From: Myxococcota bacterium | GTDB taxonomy: Bacteria > Myxococcota_A > UBA796 > UBA2385 | Assembly: GCA_044344255.1 (NCBI GenBank) | Contig: JBIJDH010000001.1 | Span: forward strand, 543,604 to 607,603 | Length of the DNA: 64,000 nucleotides | Direction: 5' to 3' | Shown: piece by piece, positions 58,993 through 64,000 of the stretch | How positions within the stretch are numbered: the first letter of the stretch is position 1 | Layout: every line of letters begins with the position of its first letter | Notes under the pieces: model-generated | Databases searched by the model: none | What the model saw: only the letters and a program-made list of their open reading frames with translations | What the model was told of the DNA's origin: nothing | Position numbers and translations under genes: made by a program

Positions 58993-59717
58993 TGACATCG
59001 AAGGATCGTACAATGTTCAGCTTGCAATCGTTTTTCCCGTGGCACCCCCGCGGTGTCCCTTTCGTCGATACCGCTCCAACGCGTCGTTACCGCCCTGCGC
59101 TCGTGTCCGAGCGACAGGAGGTGCTGGAAGCGCTCGCGGGCGCCGACGCCGACATCGCGGTCTGGCGGCGGCCCGTCCCCGAGGGCTCGTCCACTGCGCT
59201 CGCGACCTGGGCATGTTCGAGCCCGCCCCCCTGCGACCGAACCTACCGGGTCCAGAGCTCCGATCTCGCGCCGTGGATCTCCGGCCTGGTCGACGCGGAG
59301 GCCAGAGCATGGCTCGAACGGGACGTCCGCACGCTCGTGGCACGTTTCGCGGGCGCGCTCGACGTGGAGGAGGTTCGGCTGGTGCTCGGCGTTGTGTCCG
59401 ACGACAAGTGCCGGAAATTCCACGTGGACAATCTACGTATGCGCATGGTCTGCACGTACGTCGGCCCCGGAACCGAGTGGGTGGAAGACGCGTGGGTGAG
59501 GCGCGAGGCGCTCACCCATGGCGCCGCTGGCGCGGTGACGAATCGGGGGATCGTCGATGGCCTCGATCACGTGGAGCACGCCAACGCAGGCGACGTTCTG
59601 TGGATCCGCGGGAGGTCCTGGCGGCCGGGGCCCTTCGGTGGCGTCCACCGGTCACCTTCGATCGCAGAGTCTGGGCAGGTCCGACTCGTCCTGGTCGTGA
59701 GCCCGCTGACCCCGTGA
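58992..59717 (+). CDS. DUF1826 family protein
   Basis: C-KFHVD, R-VCTY-GPGTEW and VHRSP motifs. Confidence 0.85.
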   Translation: MTSKDRTMFSLQSFFPWHPRGVPFVDTAPTRRYRPALVSERQEVLEALAGADADIAVWRRPVPEGSSTALATWACSSPPPCDRTYRVQSSDLAPWISGLVDAEARAWLERDVRTLVARFAGALDVEEVRLVLGVVSDDKCRKFHVDNLRMRMVCTYVGPGTEWVEDAWVRREALTHGAAGAVTNRGIVDGLDHVEHANAGDVLWIRGRSWRPGPFGGVHRSPSIAESGQVRLVLVVSPLTP

Positions 59718-59847
59718 CCCCGTAGCGCACGGGGCGGTCAGAGCAGTGGGATGGCCCCAATACCCCTTGCGGGTGACCGCTCCGCGGCCCACCGCTGCGG
59801 TTCTCGACCGGTGAACCCTCGAACCCGAGGGGCGGGTCAGGCTCGGG

Positions 59848-60074
59848 GTGATGACGGATCGGGGGGGCGATGAGGCCACAGGGGACAGGGGGTGATGACG
59901 GGGCGATGCCATTGCTCGGGAGGGCGATGCCGATGACGGAATTGTGGGCGTGATTCCGTGTCATCATCGACATCGGCAGGGATGGCATCGCGGGTCATCG
60001 GCATCGTCATCGGGCCGTGTCATCGGGGAAGGCATCGTCATCGGCATCATCGGGCTTGACATCGGAACCGATGT
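59848..60074. repeat. Mirror-symmetric GATG/CATC motif array
   Basis: 6 GATG copies (59850-59935), central IR acggaat/attccgt (59936-59959), 13 CATC copies (59962-60063), terminal palindrome acatcgg-aa-ccgatgt. Confidence 0.8.
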
Positions 60075-60084
60075 TAGTAAAGGT
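60056..60084 (+). promoter_or_regulatory. Putative promoter with overlapping palindromic operator
   Basis: TTGACA at 60056-60061 overlapped by ACATCGGAACCGATGT (60059-60074); weak -10. Confidence 0.5.
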
Positions 60085-60107
60085 AACTTGTGCTGACCTG
60101 GAGACTC

Positions 60108-60542
60108 ATGCCTACCCCCGCCTCCTCTCGCCCCATCGTGGACTCTGCAACGCTCTTCGGGCGCTGCATCGCCGTGATCCGGGCGGACCTCGGGCTCACC
60201 CAGGCGCAGATGGCCGCGATGTTGCGCGTGTCGCGCCCCACGCTGACCCACTTCGAGACCGGGCGGGCAACGCCGTCCTTCCACGTCCTGCTTCGTCTCG
60301 GGCAGCGTGTCGCGAAGGCGCGCGTCGACAGCGACGCCACCGCGGTGCTTGCGCTCCTGCACCTGACAGCGAGCGCGCTCCAGGCCGACGGCATCCGCGT
60401 GCTCAACCGGCCGGTCCGCGAGGGCGACGTCATCCTCGACTTCGCCAAGATCGACCGCGTCGTCGGCCGCGTCTTCGACCGCGAGTTCCGCGAGTACGTC
60501 CCCGCCAAGCTCGCCGACTTCTCCGGCGACGACGACGAATAA
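60108..60542 (+). CDS. XRE-family HTH protein
   Basis: IR-DLGLTQAQMA-MLRVSRPTL-HFETG; GGAGA RBS. Confidence 0.85.
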   Translation: MPTPASSRPIVDSATLFGRCIAVIRADLGLTQAQMAAMLRVSRPTLTHFETGRATPSFHVLLRLGQRVAKARVDSDATAVLALLHLTASALQADGIRVLNRPVREGDVILDFAKIDRVVGRVFDREFREYVPAKLADFSGDDDE

Positions 60543-60579
60543 CCAGCCTTCAACCAGCAAACAGGAACAGGAGAATCCC

Positions 60580-60984
60580 ATGGGCAAGTACGCATTCATC
60601 GACAACATCTTCGGACCCGACGAGGAAGAAGAGATCGAGGCGAACGACGCCTTCGACGAGGAGGAGGACGACGAGGAGTCCGGCGAGGAGTCGGACGACG
60701 ATGCCGACGACGACGAGGACGGCGAGGACGACGAGGACGACGACCAGCCCGTGGAGGACGACGCCATGCTCGCCCGTCTCGACAAGGCGTACCGTGCGCT
60801 CCGCGCCCGGGTTCGGGCGGTTTCCGACCTGCCCGAGCTGCGTACGATGCGGTCCGAGCACGCCGCTGCACTCGCCGGGCGTCAGAGCCCGACCCTGCGC
60901 CTGCGCACGCTCGACATCATCGAGGCCATCGACGACCGAGTCACCGATCTGCGCGCCAGCCGCGGCGGTCCCCGGAGCCAGTGA
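60580..60984 (+). CDS. Hypothetical protein with long Asp/Glu tract and helical C-terminus
   Basis: AGGAG RBS; ~45-residue acidic stretch. Confidence 0.75.
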   Translation: MGKYAFIDNIFGPDEEEEIEANDAFDEEEDDEESGEESDDDADDDEDGEDDEDDDQPVEDDAMLARLDKAYRALRARVRAVSDLPELRTMRSEHAAALAGRQSPTLRLRTLDIIEAIDDRVTDLRASRGGPRSQ

Positions 60985-62159
60985 TGTCCTTCACCTTCCG
61001 CGACTTCTCCTCCGATCGCTCGTTCATCGAAGCTACCGAGGACGACCGTGCGATCCTCGACTGGATGCGCGAGTACCGCGAGGATCGTGGTCAGGCTCAG
61101 GCGAGCGGCGACGACGACGCGGTGCAGGAACTCGACGACCTGCTCGAATTTGCCGAGGACCGAATCGTGGAGATCAAGGCGGCGCGGATCGCGGAGGTCG
61201 CGCCCAAGGTGGTACCGGCGCGTGCCGAGCCTGCGCCGGAGACGCGCCGTGTTGCGACCGCGCCAGTGGTCGTCCAGCGTGCGACCACCCAGCGGGTCCG
61301 GGAGGAGAGCAACGGCGCCGAGCGGCCACGCCGCCGCCAGGGGAACGAGGCGGCGGATGTCGCCGCCTCCAATCAGCTCGCGACGGACCAAGCAGCCGCA
61401 GAGCAGGCCGCAGCGGAGCGGAATCGGCGGGATGAAGAGGAGCTACGCGAACTCCGCGAGCGAGCGCGGAAGGCGGAAGCTCGGGTCAAGGCGGCGCAGG
61501 CCGAAACGGCCCGACTCAAGGCCATGCAGCAGCAGGCAGCGGTGGAGCAGGAGCGCGAGCGCCGGCAACGTGCGAAGGAACGCGCCGAGAAGGAGGCGAA
61601 GGCGCAAGAGAAGGCGGCCGCCGAGGCCGAAGCGACGGCGCGAAACGAGGCCGCGCACGTGCTCCCCAAGGTGGCGGCGACGCCTTCGCGCCCGGCCACG
61701 CCGGTCACGCCCGTGGCACCGATCCAGCGCCGCGACATCAGCACGAGCGGCGCTCGCCCCGCCAGCGGCCCCGTGGAGTTGACCCCGATCGCTCGTCGCT
61801 TCCAGGAGAGGCTCGCCGATGTGGTGCCCGACGCCCCTGCCCGGGTGCCCACCGCGCCGAGGGTGGCCGCGAGCGGGGCGCCCACGCCGAAGGGGGCGGT
61901 GAGGGCACCCCAGCCCCCGCCAGCGACTCCGGCTGCTGATTCCGTCGATGACCTCCCCTCGCTCACGGGCGCGGACCTGACCTCGTTCCGGAACTGGCTG
62001 GCCGTGAGCCAGCGCGTCCTCGCGACCAAGCTCGGCGTGGAGCAGAGCACGATCTCGAAGGGCGAGGGCAGGCCCACGATCGTCCTTCCCCCGCAGCTCC
62101 GAAAGGCGCTTCATCAGGCGATGGGCGAGCCCAGGCCAGACGTTGGATGTGCATCGTGA
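60984..62159 (+). CDS. Coiled-coil protein with C-terminal XRE-like HTH
   Basis: E/R/A/Q/K-rich middle, Pro-rich linker, LTGADL-FR-WL-VSQ-LA-KLGVEQSTISK-E. Confidence 0.75.
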   Translation: MSFTFRDFSSDRSFIEATEDDRAILDWMREYREDRGQAQASGDDDAVQELDDLLEFAEDRIVEIKAARIAEVAPKVVPARAEPAPETRRVATAPVVVQRATTQRVREESNGAERPRRRQGNEAADVAASNQLATDQAAAEQAAAERNRRDEEELRELRERARKAEARVKAAQAETARLKAMQQQAAVEQERERRQRAKERAEKEAKAQEKAAAEAEATARNEAAHVLPKVAATPSRPATPVTPVAPIQRRDISTSGARPASGPVELTPIARRFQERLADVVPDAPARVPTAPRVAASGAPTPKGAVRAPQPPPATPAADSVDDLPSLTGADLTSFRNWLAVSQRVLATKLGVEQSTISKGEGRPTIVLPPQLRKALHQAMGEPRPDVGCAS

Positions 62160-62656
62160 AGCTCGCGTCCCAACTCGCCGATCGGCAAGACCGGCTCATC
62201 GCGCGCGTGGTTGGACCCGTCCGCGATGCGGTGCGCGCCGGCCGGTCCATGTTCTGTTGCTTCGACCATCCGAATGGGACCACGCGGCTTGATCTGATGG
62301 GGCCGAACGGGCTGCTCGGCGGAGCCAGCGACGGCTTCCTCTGCGCGCCCGTGCCGACGCTTCGGCTCTGGTCCCCGTCCGCAATGTGCCGCCCGATCGC
62401 CCAGGCCGCTGCGAACAAGGACTTCCCCGCCGGACTCGACGCCATCGCCCGCCGCGCCGCCCCGCTGATCGGCGACGAGCTGCCGCTGCTGCTCGCGATG
62501 CTCGCCGCCATCCAAGAGGAGACGGCCGGGATGCGCTTCCGAACGGCCAACGTCGGCGCCCTCGTCACGAGTTCCGGGCGCCCCACCGCTGCGGCTTGGA
62601 TGTCCGCGTTGTCCCTCGCGGACATTCAAGCGGCGGTCCTCAAAACGGTTGCGTAG
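62147..62656 (+). CDS. Hypothetical protein
   Basis: Fills the gap between the HTH gene and the recombinase, co-oriented with both. Confidence 0.55.
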   Translation: MCIVKLASQLADRQDRLIARVVGPVRDAVRAGRSMFCCFDHPNGTTRLDLMGPNGLLGGASDGFLCAPVPTLRLWSPSAMCRPIAQAAANKDFPAGLDAIARRAAPLIGDELPLLLAMLAAIQEETAGMRFRTANVGALVTSSGRPTAAAWMSALSLADIQAAVLKTVA

Positions 62657-62668
62657 CCACCGAAAACT

Positions 62669-63898
62669 ATGTCAAGTAGAACCGGCACCTCTGGAGCCCC
62701 CATGACCATGATCGGAGCCGCGTATCTGCGGTGCAGCGACCCCCGGCAAGACAAATCGGTCCAGCAGCAAAAAGAAGAAATCGAACGCCGTGCCGCTGCC
62801 GATGGCGTGGTCATTCCTGCGTCGAACTGGTTCGTTGACGAAGGGATCAGCGGGCGCACCGCCAAGAAGCGCGCCGCCTACCAGTCGCTGCTCCGCGCTG
62901 CCGAGGGGCAGCGCGACTCGCGCATCGGTCGGCGCGCGGTGCGCGTTCAGGGCATTGACCGGCTTTACGTCTGGGCTTTCTCGCGGGTCGCCCGCAACAT
63001 GTTCGACTGTCTCAAAGCGTTGGCCACTCTCGACGAGGCCGATATCGACGTGATCTCGCTGACGGAGCCTGACGCCGGGGACAAGTCGTTTCGAAAGTTG
63101 ATCCGGCCGATTCTCGCGTGGCTTGCTGAACGTTACAGCGAGGAGCTCTCCCGCAACGTGGTCCGCGGGATGCGCTCGCAGGCCGAAAAGGGGTTCTGGC
63201 AAAATGGGCACGCGCCCTACGGATACGCGCTCCAGAAGGTCGAGGGCGGCACCAAGCTCGCGGTGACCGACGACACGCGCGCCGACTTCGAGACGGTGCA
63301 GCGGATCTTTGCCGAGTACCTCGTCGGCAAGGACGGCCAGAAGCGGCTCGCCGAGAAGCTGACGCGCGAGGGTGTGCGGCCCCCGAGTCGTGAAGTGGCC
63401 CGCGACCGGTTCGCCGGGACGTGGCGCCCGAAACACGTCCAGAACATCCTCACGAACGTGACGTATTGCGGCCACCTCGTGCAGAAGGGCGACGCGCTCG
63501 CGCGGAACTGCCACGACGCCGCGGTCACCGACGAGGACTTCGCGCGCGTCGCCGCCCTCCGCAAGTTGAAGGACCGCAACAAGGAGGAAGGCGGCAACGG
63601 GAACCACGCCATCCACATGAGCGAACGCGGCGTGCTCACGCCATGGCTGCGCTGCGGCTCCTGCGGAGGGCGGATCGCGATCACTGGCGGCGGCCACACC
63701 GGAAACATCCGCCACTACTACACTTGCGCGACCCGGCAGGAGAACAAGGCCAACTGCTCGGGCCTCTCCGTCCGCGTCGAGAAGCTGGACGCCGCGGTCC
63801 TCGACTACATCCACGACGAGGCCCTCTCGCCAGAGAGCGTCCAGGAGATGATCGACCAGGGCGTCGTGGCGCTCGCCTTGAGCGCTCACCCGAAGTAG
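62669..63898 (+). CDS. Large serine recombinase, probably C-terminally truncated
   Basis: YLRCS catalytic motif, DEGISG, SRVARN, APYGY, IL-N-TY-G, zinc ribbon CGSCG...YYTC...C. Confidence 0.92.
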   Translation: MSSRTGTSGAPMTMIGAAYLRCSDPRQDKSVQQQKEEIERRAAADGVVIPASNWFVDEGISGRTAKKRAAYQSLLRAAEGQRDSRIGRRAVRVQGIDRLYVWAFSRVARNMFDCLKALATLDEADIDVISLTEPDAGDKSFRKLIRPILAWLAERYSEELSRNVVRGMRSQAEKGFWQNGHAPYGYALQKVEGGTKLAVTDDTRADFETVQRIFAEYLVGKDGQKRLAEKLTREGVRPPSREVARDRFAGTWRPKHVQNILTNVTYCGHLVQKGDALARNCHDAAVTDEDFARVAALRKLKDRNKEEGGNGNHAIHMSERGVLTPWLRCGSCGGRIAITGGGHTGNIRHYYTCATRQENKANCSGLSVRVEKLDAAVLDYIHDEALSPESVQEMIDQGVVALALSAHPK

Positions 63899-64000
63899 AC
63901 CACTTGTGCTCACCAGAAGTAGTCCGGCCTGGAGTTCGCCTCCGACCCTTCAAACGGTGGCCGCGGGGGGCGGGGGCCCCGCACGGTGAGGCTTCGGGGA
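63879..64000. mobile_element. Probable IS21-family terminus
   Basis: TG followed by imperfect direct repeats gctcacccgaagtagacc (63884-63901) and gctcaccagaagtagtcc (63908-63925). No transposase within the window. Confidence 0.5.

Noticed and set aside
59848..60074. Repeat array read as a CRISPR array or as a Met/Pro-rich ORF
   Set aside because: Units are 4-7 bp with irregular short gaps and an orientation flip. No cas genes are present, and the overlapping ORFs are low-complexity.
1..64000. tRNA, rRNA, tmRNA or SRP RNA genes
   Set aside because: None recognised by eye; tRNAscan-SE and Infernal would be needed to exclude them.

Overview
High-GC bacterial DNA, probably Myxococcota/deltaproteobacterial (inferred from a MYXO-CTERM-like tail, a Ser/Thr kinase, an FHA protein and several Cys-lipoproteins). 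Positions 1 to ~43.6 kb are mostly core and envelope genes: partial motB, an APC transporter, pbpC, ruvCAB-DUF192-lpxC, an acyl-CoA ligase, HMG-CoA lyase, argF, comM-DUF3006-recA, an ABC1 kinase, an amidase, two beta-helix lipoproteins and DUF885. From ~43.6 kb the window is accessory. It holds an intact orphan hsdM-hsdS pair, then a heavily decayed second type I R-M locus (47.8-52.2 kb). A metal/zinc-starvation island follows (truncated RND, NiCoT, Fur-family regulator, COG0523, flavoprotein, His-rich lipoprotein, cytochrome c-rhodanese, DUF1826). The right end carries a mirror-symmetric GATG/CATC repeat array leading into an XRE-acidic-coiled-coil/HTH-hypothetical-large serine recombinase operon, whose recombinase appears cut by an IS21-like end. 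The best leads are this array-plus-recombinase module and a complete promoter-23-codon ORF-terminator unit at 8.95-9.14 kb that the ORF track misses. I saw no rRNA, tRNA or CRISPR array. All family calls come from motif recognition by eye; no database search was run.
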